From the human T2T-CHM13v2.0 reference genome, Homo sapiens, in the NCBI RefSeq assembly GCF_009914755.1, contig NC_060930.1: a DNA stretch of 64,000 nt. The stretch is one strand, 5' to 3'. Below are positions 45,354 to 60,849 of the stretch, piece by piece (position 1 is the first letter of the stretch; each line of letters opens with the position of its first letter). Under the pieces are notes generated by a model, which saw nothing but the letters and a program-made list of their open reading frames with translations, made no database searches and was not told where the DNA came from. Made by a program: the position numbers and the translations under genes.

Positions 45354-46906
45354 TCAAATAGTTCAACTATTATGCTCACAAATGTTTCCAAGTTGAGAGG
45401 TAAAATATGGCTTCCAGGCACAGACTAATAATGTAAACTTTAAACCCATTTACTCCCAGCACTGGGACGCTCTACATTTTTGAACATTAAATTATGCAGC
45501 AAAGCCTAATTTATTTTCATTTTTCCTGTGGACAGCCATTCTCATTCAACTTCCTCCCATCCCTAAACACAAAACAGGAAAAAAAAATTTCAAAGGAATG
45601 AACTAGTACTGGTGTAGGGAGAGTGGAAGGCAAAACATTCAGATGTTTTACTTCACAATTTATTACTACTGATATGAATGTGACAGTCAAAGGACAGGGC
45701 CTGTCTGCATTTCCTTTTTTCAACAGATTTAGGAACTGGACACATCTCACTGGGATGTCATCTTCTCAAATTCAGTTATGAAAAAATTAAACAGGCTGCC
45801 CTTCAGGACCTGTTTATGCATTCAGTATTTCCAACTATCTCAAGCCACACCTCTTCAAAACTTAAAATGACTGACAGTCGTCTTCTTTTCAAACAACTAC
45901 TTTATATTTTTTGTCTTCTTTCTATGGGAGGCACATACTAATGGTGGTTTCAGATACTGGCTTCAAGTCCAAGCTCCACCACTAACTGGCTGTGTAGCCT
46001 TTGGCAATTGACAATCTAAGTGCCAGTTTCATTACTGCATAATGGGGACTATAAGAGGCCCTATTTCCTAGATTTGTATGAGGACTAAATGAAATTAGCA
46101 GTATCAGTTCATTCTAATCTTTCAATAAATGACGTCTTATTATTATGCCAAAAGTCAATACCCTAATCCAGAGCAATATTATACAAATATAAAAATAGAG
46201 AAATTCAGAACACTCTTACCAATTTGGAAGGCAGACATGGAGAGTTGCTGCAGAAACTGTCAATTTGTGAGTTCAGGAACACAACACTTTGAAAATACTG
46301 ACTACTGAAATTCCTAAAGAGCACCATCTCCTAGGTTCAGCTGCTCAAAAAACCAGATTCCACACCCATTTTCCATCATTTCTCTAGTTATCTTACTAGT
46401 GTTATGAAAGCAGAGGTGGGGGAAAGGCTTCTGATTAACTGTACTCTTGCCCTTTCTCATCCAAATAAGCCTCTAATATTGTGGATTTAAAGAAGAATAA
46501 CCCATGAAGAAATGCTGTGAAGTCAGTCTGAGACCACAAGGCATGGAATACACGTGCCTCTACGCAAACACACATGGCTCCTCCATTGTTTTATATTGCT
46601 GAGTATTTCATTCTGGGTAGTTTTCTCCTCCAATTACAATAGAAGTTCTTTGAAGATAAAAATTATTTACTATACTATTTTGAATCCCCTGAAGCTATGC
46701 AGGTGCTTGGTACAGGAAGATAATTCATATGCCTGTTGAGAGCAAGACCTGCTTCTTCCAGCAATGAAGATGTTTTATGCATCCCACAAAGCTACTTGGT
46801 TCTACTTCCCGCCCCTAACCCAACCCACACTTCCCAACCCATGGAAAGAATATATGACCCTTTATCCTGTAAAGCTAACTCAAATCAAACACATTATTTT
46901 GTTTTT

Positions 46907-47304
<398 letters not shown>

Positions 47305-47451
47305 TTAAAAAGAAATACTGAACAATTTTTCCAAGGAATACTTGGTAAACAAAAACTTCAAGTACAAAACTATATTCATAGCCTATATCCTAACACACCA
47401 CCGAAAATGTGAAATGTCGCACTCCCAAATCTTAAATTAAGACTACACTGT

Positions 47452-47543
47452 CTAGTGCAGCAAACCACCATGGCACACGTTTACCTATGTAACAAACCTG
47501 CACATCCTGCACATGTACCCTGGAACTTAAAGGAAAAAAAAAT
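47452..47543 (+). mobile_element. Very short L1PA 3' end
   Basis: gcagcaaaccaccatggcacacgtttacctatgtaacaaacctgcac... plus A tail; flanking actacactg repeat. Confidence 0.85.
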
Positions 47544-48509
47544 ACTACTACACTGCAGTGTTTAAAAACTCAGAGAAAAAGTTCTTTAAAATGACAACAA
47601 CGTATTGTGCACTAATATTGTGTGAAGAAGTGTTTTAGGCACTAATATGGATCATCTATTTAATCCTTACAATAATCATCTAAGGTTGTTATCATGTCTA
47701 TCATCTAGAGAAGCAAACTGAGGCAGTGAATAGTAAGATGCAGATTCTTTTAGTTACCAATCTAAATGTTAAGAAGAAAAAACATCTAAAATTTTTCTCT
47801 GGTATTTCATTTTCAGTACAGTTCAACATACAGCTGTCAGATATTGAGGATACAGTGATGACCAGGACCTAGTCACTGCTTCAAGAGAAGGCTTACATGT
47901 AAATAAATAACACACAGTACATTACTATTGACTTAATACATGCAAACTCAGGCTGAGAGAAAGGAGAAAAAAGCATGGTTGGAAACATGGGTAGGGGTTA
48001 GGAGCTAAAATACCCCAAAAAACATACTAAAAAGCTTCAAGTTTTTCCAATAAGGAAATAAGGTTTTAAATGAAGGAAACCAATATGGATTAGACTTAAT
48101 TTTAGAAGGATCACACAAAAACACTATAAAACATGGCTTGGAAGTAGAGTGAAGCTGTAAGCAACAAAACTAACAGAGCCTTAAAAATAAAAAATGGTTT
48201 ATACCATCAAACTCCCAGTCGTAAACATCTAGGACTTGATTCTTTCTTCACAAAGGAAAATGAATGAAACTGGCAAAACAATACTAATGGTTTAAAGCCT
48301 GCTGTAAAAGTTAACTGGTGATGATAACCAAAGAAATGCAAATAAGCAATTTTAAGATACTAACATATGTTAAACCCGCTAAAGTAGCATTAATGTAGTA
48401 GTGCCATTGGTACATTCCTTCATTACTGCTGGTAAAAGTTGGTAAAGGGTTTCTGAAAACCAGTATAGCAACATGCAGTGAGAGCCACAATAATGTTCAT
48501 ATTCTTTGA

Positions 48510-48871
<362 letters not shown>

Positions 48872-49427
48872 TAGAAACTGGGAGGAAATAAATTCTTATG
48901 ACAAAACAGAATACAAAATAGTGTCACTACAGTTATTAGCTAGTTAAGATACATGCACATGGGAGTTAAGGCACAAAACTGAAAATACCTGAAATATGTA
49001 GCATTATGGGTTATTTTAAAGCAAAAAACATTACCTCAGTGGAATAACTTCTGAGGGAAATGTGACATCATTTAGGTAGGATTTTCAAATTGTACTCATA
49101 TTTGGTTTAGAATCTGGAGCAGTTTCTAAATAGGGTGACTCTAAATGGTTCTCTTGCTACTTCAGTTACTAAAGGGTCCTTGCAGGCTGGGGCTGTTCAT
49201 TCATACTGGACTTTCCACAGTCCCTACAACAATGCCTCTCCACACTGCAAAAATTCAATAAACAGCTGCTCAACAAACAATTCAAGAGTTCTTTTGGGAG
49301 CCACTGGAAGACGTAGGCAGATAAGGAACAAAGACAACAGGAAAAGAGGAAAGAAGACTTTGAAAAAACTAAAAGGAAAAAGGTCAAGAGAAACAGTGTG
49401 CCACCTGACCTTCAACATTAATCAAAT

Positions 49428-49449
49428 CTCTCAATCTCTCTCTCTCATG

Positions 49450-49481
<32 letters not shown>

Positions 49482-49500
49482 GTGTGTGTGTGTGTGTGTG
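49428..49500. repeat. (TC)n(TG)n microsatellite
   Basis: Read directly. Confidence 0.95.
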
Positions 49501-50121
49501 TATTTGCATGAACTTCTGAGTCACATGACTCAAAGTTTATGCAAACCTAAAAACGATGCTACAATTTTAAAAAATGCTACAATTACAAGTGAACTGAAGT
49601 GACAAAAAGAAGTGGAATGATTTCTAAACCTGTTTTCTCTTCATGTTGCCCTCAAATCATCCGGCCTTGTTCTTTGGCTACTTATATATAAGGTGGGTCA
49701 GTTGCTCACCTTATCCCTATCTAGATCAAGATAAGTTTGGGAAATGAGATGGAAGCAGCTCAGAGTATTAAGAAAGTCTCTGAAAGTAGCTGGCATTTGC
49801 TTAGAAGTTAGAGGTGCAAAATCAAAGACATCTATACTCTTTAAATAAAGATGATACATCTTCACACAATTCAGTATATAACCAAGGAATATCTTTGAGA
49901 ATTGGCCATATAATGCCATCTTCTGAGCTTCATGTAAATAAGAATCAAACACAAAGTAAGCTAATGGAGTATAATCTTAAATTTTCAAAGGTATTTCATC
50001 CTGCTCAATTAGCATAAAGTTTTAAAAAGAAAACCAAGTCAGATGACCTAGTGTAAAAAAAGTCTTAAGAATTCTTAAAAAAAAAAAAAAAATTCTTTAT
50101 TTCCAAATATGCCCTAAAACA

Positions 50122-50400
50122 ACAGTACTCAAAGTATGATTCAGGGACACCTGGGTCCAAAAACCTTTCAGGGGATCTGTGAAGTCAAAAGTATTTGTAT
50201 AATAGTACTAAGATGTTCCTTGCCCTTTTCTCTTTCATTTCCTCTGACTATATAGTGGAATTTTCCAGAGGCACAAGACATGTGATATCACAACAGACTA
50301 AAGGCAGTCTGGTCTGTATGCGAATACAGCTCACCTATTAAACCAAGCATTAAAGAGACTTACAAAAAAATATAAAGCAATGCCACTCTTCTCATTTTTC
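50122..50400. mobile_element. hAT-Charlie-like fragment
   Basis: cagtactcaaagt...ctttcaggggatctgtgaagtcaaaa...gcaatgccactcttctca. Confidence 0.6.
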
Positions 50401-50402
50401 TA

Positions 50403-50666
50403 TTTTTTTTTTTTTAAGAGGCAAGGTCTCACTATGTTGCACAGGCTGAACCTGAACTCCTGGGTTCAAGTGATTCTCCTGCCTCAGCCTCCTGAGTAGC
50501 TGGGACTACCGGCGCCCGCCACCAGGCCCAGCTACTTTTTTGTATTTTTAGTAGAGACGGGGTTTCACCGTGTTAGCAGGATGGTCTCAATCTCTTGAAC
50601 TCATGATCCGCCCGCCTCAGCCTCCCAAAGTGCTGGGAATACAGGTGTGAGCCACCGCGCCCGGCC
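50403..50666 (-). mobile_element. Chimeric Alu (left-monomer-type 3' end joined to AluY-like body)
   Basis: aggtctcactatgttgcacaggctgaacctgaactcctggg runs into ttcaagtgattctcctgcc...ggcgcccgccacca. Confidence 0.8.
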
Positions 50667-50929
50667 TGATTTGACTTTTTAAATTAAACTTGTTTCAATT
50701 ATCAATTATTTTTTATCTAACATAAAAATAATTTAACTTTTTTGATAGCTCAGGGTAACCACTAGAAACAGCAGTTTTTATACTATGGAGTAGATGAAGT
50801 TCAAAGTATGATAAATACACCTGACTTCCCATCTCAGCTAGGGAAAATACAAGATTGCATGCCTTTAACTTGAGGTGCTCTATAACACATCCTAGGCCAG
50901 GCAAGCATGTTATGTCCTACACTTGTGCT

Positions 50930-51099
50930 ATGTTTCAGATTTCAGATTTTTTCAAATGTTAAAACATTACTAATTGAGCATCTCTCATCTTAAAGTCCAA
51001 AATGTTCCAATGAGCATATCCTTGTGTATCATGTCGGCACTCTTAAGTATCAGATTTTGGAGCACTTCAGATTTTCGGACTAGGGATACTCAACCTGTA
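50930..51099. mobile_element. Tigger4/MER46-like MITE
   Basis: ccaatgagcat...cagattttggagca...gggatactcaacctgta. Confidence 0.7.
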
Positions 51100-51673
51100 C
51101 TAACTTTCAGTCCAGGTCAGGAAGAAACAGCGGCAGGAATCTTTTGCTTGCCCTTTCCTACCATACCCAAACATTAGTCTCAAGGCCACTGCATTCATCT
51201 CCCCTTTAATTTCAGTCTTCTTCCAAAATATTCAGAAGAAAATGTTTACAATGAACCAACTGTTAAAGAGCTGTACATCTCTACAACTGCAATGCTGACT
51301 TAAGTTAGGAGAAAGCCCCTCCACCTTCAACTGGTACACAAAACTGTGGCTACTTTACTGAATTAGATTGTATCCATCCTATCAGCTCATGGACAACAAT
51401 CCAGAAGAGACTTTAAAATGTATTTTAACTATTCTGGCCATGAAAAGTGACCCAATTCTTCACTAATTCCCATCAAAATGAGAACCATGTGTTATACATC
51501 CAAAATGCTATAAACCTGAACAACATTTACTAAAATGAGATCTCAGACCTATAGTTTTATCTGCACGCCCACATTGCTCCTAGTAACTGCTGATTTTACA
51601 GCTGAGAAAATAAAACTAAGAAACTAAGTTAACGAGGACACACAATGTTGATAAGCACTAGCACTGGGATTTA

Positions 51674-51709
<36 letters not shown>

Positions 51710-51881
51710 TTAGTCCAATGCTCTTTCCAGTAGATCAGAACTGCCTAACTTCATCAAATATTTCCACTCTCAGATGGGCAAGGAGCCAGGGGGAAGGTCA
51801 GGTCCCAGTTCCCTAACAAGAATTTCTGGTACACTGCTCAGTGTTTCACAAAACTACATTTTAGTTCCTCTGACATATTCA

Positions 51882-52157
<276 letters not shown>

Positions 52158-52577
52158 CTATTCCCTAATATTTCATCTAAATATGCAGATTGTTAAAAAT
52201 TCATTTTTAATATGAAACTGCAGCTAAAAGATATACTTTATTTAGCTCTCAAGAGTCTAGGATCCAGTATTCAGCATGCAGTTGAGAGGGGACAACCTTT
52301 CAGTGTTAGAGGGTACTTATGTCAGAAAAAAATTTTAGAAAAAGTATAATTCCCTAAAACTACATTAAGCAACATTTAAAAAAAAAAAAAAAAAAAAGGA
52401 AAACTGTTAATAATGCCACTCAGGCTGCCTTAACTGACGTAGTAGAGATGTAATAAAATGCTCCTGAAAGCTAAGAAAAGCTAAATGACTACAATAAAAA
52501 TACAGAAGACAGCATATTATACTAACTGAAAAGATTAAATGCACTACTTTTAGAAAAATACCACTTTGAAAAAATAA

Positions 52578-52873
<296 letters not shown>

Positions 52874-52969
52874 AAGAAAATAGTTTTATATATCTTGATT
52901 GATAAAATAATTTAACTGTATAAATTACTTATAAGTCATTAAAAATAAGGTAACGACGATGATGATGGT

Positions 52970-53190
52970 TAATATTTCCCAAGCACTTTGTGCTATTAGC
53001 TTTTTGGATTATTCATTTACTTTCACAATAACTTATGAGGTCGTTATTATACCCATTTTACAGATGAAGAAACTGAGACACAGAGCAGTTAAGTAATTTT
53101 TCCAAGGTCACACAGCTAGTAAATGGCAGTTTTGCAGAAATCAAATCTATGTAATCTGGCTCTAGAACTCCTGCTCTTTATCACTGTACT
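52970..53190. mobile_element. MIR
   Basis: cccattttacagatgaagaaactgagacacagag...ccaaggtcacacagctagt core. Confidence 0.85.
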
Positions 53191-53968
53191 TAAATTACTC
53201 TTCAGAAACTGAGGTGGCTGATATTGAAGAGTAAAACAAAGCTGCATTTCTTTTTAAAAAACAATTTTAGTAATACCACTCAATCTCAAAATAATAAGAA
53301 ATCTAACATTGCCATGGAATTCCAACAAATAAATGAAAAAATGTATTCCAACAAATAAATTTTCACTCTCCATTTGATGAGATAGTTTGCTGATGGGACA
53401 GGCAATTTACTACTTAAGTTGTCTACAAAATAAAATTATGCATGCTAATGTGTCTTGGAGCCACATAATTTTTTTGTTGGTGGTGGGGTTTTTTTTTTGG
53501 TGAGGGAGGTCATACTTAAGCACCTACTATATACCAGGGATAGTACTATGCAAAGTCACACACGTTTACGTTAAACTCATTTAAGAAATACTGATTAGAA
53601 TTTGTAAAATCATCTAACCATTTGGCCTTACTGACTATACTGACATAAATATAAGAAGTTCTATCATCTCCAACCTAAAATAGCCTAGAGGCTCAACACC
53701 AGTAAGTCAGTACTGCTGCATTAGTGACAGCGCTAAACCTGAGCCTAAGCAGTTCAGCAAGAAACACTGCCTGTAGCTGAAAGGTAACTCTACTTTCTCT
53801 AGCAGCCCACTCAAACAAGAGTTTAAGTGCTATGCATTACTGTCAAGTCCTACAGCACATACATCTTTAAATCTGGTTTATGCTCATCAGCTGTGAATCA
53901 GTACAAGTAAAAACATAACCTTGTAGCCATCATTTTTTATTAAAAATGTAAGAAATATCACTGCAGAC

Positions 53969-54090
53969 CCATTTCGGTGTCACAATCTTCCATTTCGTGG
54001 TCATGTTTAGAGCTACCATTTAGGAAACCATTGGATGAAGTTTCTCCAACTCCATTGGAGTAGTGATCTGTTTCCATGTCTACATCATTA
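53969..54090 (-). CDS. RANBP9: RANBP9 exon (linker)
   Basis: minus ttcag|taat ... atgg|gtctgc; SNDVDMETDHYSNGVGETSSNGFLNGSSKHDHEMEDCDTEM; frame consistent on both sides. Confidence 0.92.
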
Positions 54091-57000
54091 CTGAAAACGA
54101 AAAAACAAACCTAATTTTAGAAATATCATACTTGCAGCTTAGTTTAAAATAAATCACTACTGAACTACATAGCCTACGAATAAACTAATTTCATAAGGCA
54201 ACAGAAATCTGCAAAAAAGGTATTTAGTTAAATCTTGAACGTATTCAAAGCCAAACATGTCGCTGACTTTTAACAAATTTGTACCCCCGGAGGTAAGGGA
54301 GGAAAAAAAGTACATATGCTAAAATGTAGTGGTTTTATGACTTTACATCAATATGGAGAAATCATACTTCCACACAATCCTATTATTTTTCAAATTCAGA
54401 TCTGTACGTCTTCGTTAATCAACTGCTGCCCCACCAACTCCCCAGCCAGCCCTCTCCCCCTACCCCCAGCACTGATTTCTAGTATGTAAGGGGAAAACCT
54501 CACTCTCAAAACAAATACATCTCACTCCTGGAACCCGCTTCACCTCGTTCCGGACCTCATACTCAATCCACTCCTAGGCTGTTTTTAAATAGCATTCTGG
54601 CATTTGTCCTCACTACTTAAAAATATACATTCTTTCAAGGGTAACTGATAACTTAAAAAATGATTGAGCTTCATTCTCTCATCCCTTTTCACCACACGAC
54701 AGAGAGTGAACTCACAGGCTATCTTATTGGCTAAAGTATTGCTGAATCTTAACTTTTAAACTGATGTCCTGGATAGTTTCCAGTTTTCACTCATTCCACT
54801 CAATGAATATCTATCTGCCAATAACTATATTTGCACATATTTAAGCTGTCAATGTATGTCCTTCAGAACCATCCGCACTCTTATAAGCAACAATAAATAT
54901 CTAATCTTTAGGATTTATCCTATGGAAGCCTAGGTAATAATTATACAATCTAGAAGTAAACACTCGATGAAATTTTAGGTAATGCTTAGATAAAAATGAC
55001 ATTTCTCATTACAAAAGCAATATATATTCAATTGTAGAAAAAAAAACACAGATGAGCAAAAACCACTATGCGTAATACCACCAGAGGTAACAAATTCTAA
55101 CACCTTGGGGGTGTGTGTGTGCATGCATACACTCCTGTTAGTAAAATTGTTAAGGTAAAAAAAAAAAAAACAAGAGATCTAGGGAAAAGGGGGATATGGC
55201 CCTACGACTCCAGAGCAGACTTACTCAACCAGGAAAGCTTGTTTATAATCTTAACAAACTTCGAAAATTGGTAAGAAAAACCAAACTTTAAGAATAAGAA
55301 AATCCTTACCATCACAGCTTTCAGTGGCTTTTTAAAAAATACTAAACTTTTTTTTTTTTTTTGATAACTCAGTTTAGTATTTGGAAGGAACTCGTTCATT
55401 TAACACACATTTAAGAGCCTCTGAGGTATGATCCCTGTTAGGTGCTAAGGATATTATGAAACAGCCTCTGCCTTCCTGTAGCAAACAACCTATAAAAAGC
55501 TAATTAAGTTATTATATTACAGAGTAATTATGATCAGTACTATGATGGAAGTTAATCACAAAACATGACATATTTGATGGGATGTAAATCAAGGAAAACA
55601 TCCTGGAAGAACTGACATCTGAACTTGAATTTTCTCAGCCTGGACAGAAGTTATACTGGAGGTGAGGGAGGGTAGGAAGAAGAGCATTTCAGATGGTGGG
55701 CGGTATCAGGGAAAAAGCACAAGTTTGCAAGTCAAATCCTGAAACGCAGCCTCAGCTCTGCAACTTACTAGCTACTAATAATTGACCTTAAGAAAAAAAA
55801 GTCATTTACTTTTCTGATATCCCGCTCTACATCTGTAAAATGGTTTAAATAGTTAATACCATCTTTGCCTACTTCACAGTTAGGAAAGCCATTACCAACT
55901 ACAAAATAACTTATAGCTTAAGGCAGTTCAAAGTTGACTTTCTTTCCCTTTTATACTGCAGACAAAGGAGGATGTTGTGTCATCAGACCCTTCCGTTAAG
56001 CTTGCTTCCCTGAACTCAGGTAATAATAGATCTGTTTAGCAACTTCCTGCTGTAGGGATAGTATTCAAGAGAAAAACTCACAAACTGACTGCAATCTTAC
56101 CCTCAAACATTGGCAAGAGCCTTGATCAATGATAAAGTACCAATGCATTTAGTATAAAGCATGATGAAGTACTTAACTTTTTACATTTCCATCTATTTTT
56201 AAACTATAATATTTTGATTTTATATTTTCCAATATATCACCTCTGCTGTGAAAGACGATTTTTCTGCTCTTCTCATACACTTTTGTGGTTCTCCATTACA
56301 ACTTATATCAATCACACACACTATTACTTCAGTAAATTTTTGTCACGTGTGACAGACAACCCAGAAATTGAGATTAATCTCCCAATTTTCAAATACAGAT
56401 TTTTTTTTACATACAATCCTTTCTGCAAAATCATATTTCCATTAAGATTCCATGCTAAAAGTTAGGCTCTCTCTCCTTTAATAAGAAAATGTGGCACTGA
56501 TGACCATTTCCTGAAAATGCAATGTAACCAACTGGTTTGTTATAGACCAAACCAATATTAAATTGACCCAGTCCTGGATGATTTGGGCAGGGTGAATTCA
56601 CAATAATTTGCTACTGCACAGTAGTATTTAATTCAAATAATGTCACTTCATGAACTTTTAGGTTTCATAAATATTAAACCTGAGTATATCAAGGGTCATA
56701 GTACACTGACTGAGATATCATCTTTCAAACCTCTTCAAAGTGAGACACCCTACCTAGCAGAATGTTTGGTGCCCAACAAATCCTCAAAACCATCCTCACA
56801 CCAATGTTTACTAAATGACTTAACCATCTGCTATATGCAAGCTACTTAAAGGCAGGCTTTCAAAAAAGATTATTTGTAAAGTTAGTTTTGAACTTGGAAA
56901 ACATTCTACACATTTACACCAAAAAAAACTCACACACAGAGAAAAAATCAGTTGTAAATTTATCTTATGTCACCGTTCAAGGTTAAATATGCTACTGTGT

Positions 57001-57345
57001 CTTAACCACTGTGAAAACATAACAAATGGCATTTATGTGATCATTTGTATAGCTCTGTGGCTGGCAGGAAGACAATGCATGAAGCCCTGAATTTGTCCTT
57101 ATAACTTTACTAGAGGGAAGAAGGTAGTAGAGAAGAGGAAGAAACTAAGGAAAGAGCTCATGTGCATAATAGGAGACTAAAAAGCTTTGGGGAACTGACT
57201 CCCTACGCTTTTATTCTCTGGGGGCTTAAGAACTCCCAGAGCCCCTCTGTGGGTCACATAATTCAAGTTCTTTCAAAATTATTACAACGATTACACCTAT
57301 AACTAGGTTGCTTATATTAGTGCAAAAGTCAGTGAAATTACTTAC

Positions 57346-57493
57346 CTGGTGAAGTTATTAACTTGCTGTGATCTTGACATATTTATACTGTTTAGTTCTG
57401 GTACATTCAAGTTGGATGACTGGTGTTTATTACTATGGCAATATGATTGATGTGCTTTATTTGATATTACACCATTACTACAACTTTCAAAAC
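57346..57493 (-). CDS. RANBP9: RANBP9 exon (linker)
   Basis: minus ttcag|gtttt ... ccag|gtaagt; GFESCSNGVISNKAHQSYCHSNKHQSSNLNVPELNSINMSRSQQVNNFT. Confidence 0.95.
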
Positions 57494-58086
57494 CTGAAGA
57501 AAAAGATACCACGTAGAAACAGAAACAAACACTAATTTATTAATACGGTTGTAAACAAGTCTCCATGTTGATTTTGTACTAAGACTTCTAGAACGTAGGA
57601 GAGTCAATGGATGATGTAAACAGGTAACTTCTTTGAAAGGATACTAAGAATACTTAATTGTGAGATCTTAATTATTACCTCATCTAACATTTATTGAAGG
57701 CTTAATTACACATCTCATTTAATCCTCAAAATCCCCCTAAAATGGCAATATTATGATCATCCCCATTTTACATATGAATACACTGAGGCTCAGAATTTAT
57801 CCAAGCCTGAAGTGACTGTATGATATTCAAGAGGAGTAGTGGCTAAGAACAGACATGGGAATCACACTTGTTGTACAGAGTGGTGATGTAAATAAACTGA
57901 GAGGAAGTAATGCAGAAAAGAGAATAAATTGAAATAAGAAAAAGCAATGGTGTTACTTCATGAAAGGAAAGGAGACACTATCTGACTTGTTTAAGAATGT
58001 TAAATGTACAAAGATAACATCTTGGGAAATGCAGAATTAAAGAGATGGGCAAACAGAAGACTGAGAAGCATCAGAAATAAATCTGT

Positions 58087-58233
58087 GGCTGGGCACGGTA
58101 GCTCACACCTGTAAGCCCAGCACTTTGGGAGGCTGAGGCAGGAGCAGTGCTTGAGGCCAGGAGTTTGAGACCAGCATCAGAAACATTGCGAGACTCCAAC
58201 TCTTTAAAAAGAAACAAAAACAAAACCAAAAAA
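58087..58233 (+). mobile_element. FLAM-like Alu monomer
   Basis: Left monomer followed by A-rich tail. Confidence 0.8.
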
Positions 58234-58729
58234 ACCTGTAGAAGTGATGTCACAAAAGCCAAGAAAGGAGAGAATTTTAATTAAGAGAAAGCCCAAAGTC
58301 ACAGAGAGTAAGACTGGTGAGCCAACAAACGGATGGGAGAAAACGAACTAGGCAGAGCTGACTTTTGCAAGAGGCTTGGTTGGGAAAGGTTGGGGGTGGG
58401 GGGAGAGGAGGGAGGCAGCGGCAGCCCAGCTAGATGTGGTAACCAGTGGCATAAGGTATCACAGCCACATCACCTTTAAATTTATATTTTATTAAAACAC
58501 ACAATTACCTTTTCACTATTAAAAATCAATAATTTAATTCTGGTGACTACTCATTGTGAATGCTGACTTTCATTTAGGAAGGTCTGCTAATAACCTATTC
58601 TCAGACAGCTGTTCTTCAAGTGACTTCCTGGTACTGAGAACATGTCAATCTGAACCTACAATTTTTCACCCAGAAAAATCTTAAGTATACACATTTGAAA
58701 ACAGCTACAAAGGAAATATACAGATTTTC

Positions 58730-59031
<302 letters not shown>

Positions 59032-59100
59032 TCAAAAGGAAAAAGGTTTAAGATTATAAAGAGGAAAAATCTAAAAATAATGTCATAAGTTAAATCTCAC

Positions 59101-59291
59101 CTGAAAAATGTGCGGTGCTTCCTTTGCCTGATGCTAAATTGTGGATATTCATTCCATGGCTGGGGCTCATACTTGGACTACTAAAAGGTCGAGGACTAAC
59201 AGGATAACTGTCTTGAGACTTTGGACTTCGGCCTCCCAAACATCGTACTTCACTATCTGTACCATTCACCATTTCTATAAACTGACGCACT
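59101..59291 (-). CDS. RANBP9: RANBP9 exon (end of CTLH domain plus Ser/Pro-rich linker)
   Basis: minus tttag|agtg ... tcag|gtgaga; [44 protein letters not shown]...HFS. Confidence 0.96.
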
Positions 59292-59869
59292 CTAAAGGAG
59301 AAAAGAAAAATTTACTTAGACACAATCTTCAAATGGCCTTTTATTTAATAGCAACAGATTTCTAAAAATATTTTTAAAACTTTGATTTATCAGTAGGATT
59401 GGTCTTTAGTAAGCTAAAAATATTAAATATGGTGTCCTATGCTTTAATGCTTAGAATTTTAGAATTTCCAGAAAAATGAGAGTACAATGTAATAGACACT
59501 ATAATAATATTACCCCCTTTAATCAGGATTTACCAAATGGAAATTTACCTATAAGAAGATATGAACCCCATTTTTTTGGCTACAAGTAATTTAATCAAAA
59601 TAACATTTGCGCTTGGTAGCAAATCAAATTGTGCCTAAGGACATGATTTTATGTATATGAGATACATATAAAGCGTAGCCTTTCTCCCCACCCGTCCCAT
59701 TCCCAACCTCTTAACCAAAATGGGCCTCATTTAAAATTCTTATTCTAAAGCAAAACAATTCTGTCATTTGACTTACAAAGGATATCTGTTGCTTAACAAG
59801 TTGAAATCTGAAGCTCAGTAACATCTCATTTTTTAAGTAACAAAGATTCATAAAACCAATTAAAATTGT

Positions 59870-60422
59870 CAAATCAGGATGGCTATTATTAAAAAAAAAT
59901 AGTTAAACATAGAATTACCATATGATCCAGAAAGTTCACTTCTGGGTATATAACCAAAAAAATCTAATGCAGGGACTCAGATATTTGTACACCTATGTTC
60001 ACAGCAGAATTATTCATAACAGCCAAGAGGTAGAAGCAAACTTTAAGTGTCCATCAGTGGATGAATGGATAAACAAAATGCAGTATTATCCAAACAATGG
60101 AGTAAAATTCAGCCTTTAAAAGGAAGAAAATTCTGATACATACTACAATAAAGATGAACCTTAAGGCTATTACACTAAAATAAGCCAGTAATGAAGAATA
60201 AATACTCTGATTCTACTTATATGGGTAGTCAAATTCATAGAGGCAAAATGTAGAATGGTGGTTTCCAGGGGCTAGGGGGATGAATGGATGGTTAGTGTTT
60301 AATAGAGAGTTTCAGTTTGGGAAGATGGAGAAGTTCTGGAGTCGGATGGTGGTGATGGTTGCACAATGATGTGAATGTAAAAAATGGTAAATTTTATGTA
60401 TATTTTACCACAATTTTTTAAA
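59870..60422 (+). mobile_element. L1MB-like 3' end
   Basis: atagaattaccatatgatccag...gatgaatggataaacaaaatg...tatattttaccacaat. Confidence 0.85.
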
Positions 60423-60735
60423 ATGCCAGAGAGATTAAATGTAAGGTACTTCTGAGAAGGAAAAATAGACACCCATCTTCTAAATAAGATTTTCACATTT
60501 TTAAACACATAAATAGAATAATAAAAGCAAATACATAGCAAAAGACACCTTCTGCTTATGGTCCTTAACACAAAAGTATTTTTCATAACATGTTGCTTAA
60601 ATGACATTACAAAATTGTATATACTTGAAAAACGAAAAAAACTAAAATTACAAAAGCACGAAAATGTCTTTTATTACATAACTTGACAAATATTTATAAT
60701 ATATAACAAATATAGCATTTTATTATGCAAACTCA

Positions 60736-60849
<114 letters not shown>

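Noticed and set aside
49210-49230. RDCGK peptide shared between the candidate cryptic exon and the true RANBP9 exon
   Set aside because: Only 5 aa with unrelated flanks; treated as coincidence.
53319-53360. 16-bp direct repeat attccaacaaataaat
   Set aside because: Ordinary local slippage duplication in AT-rich DNA.
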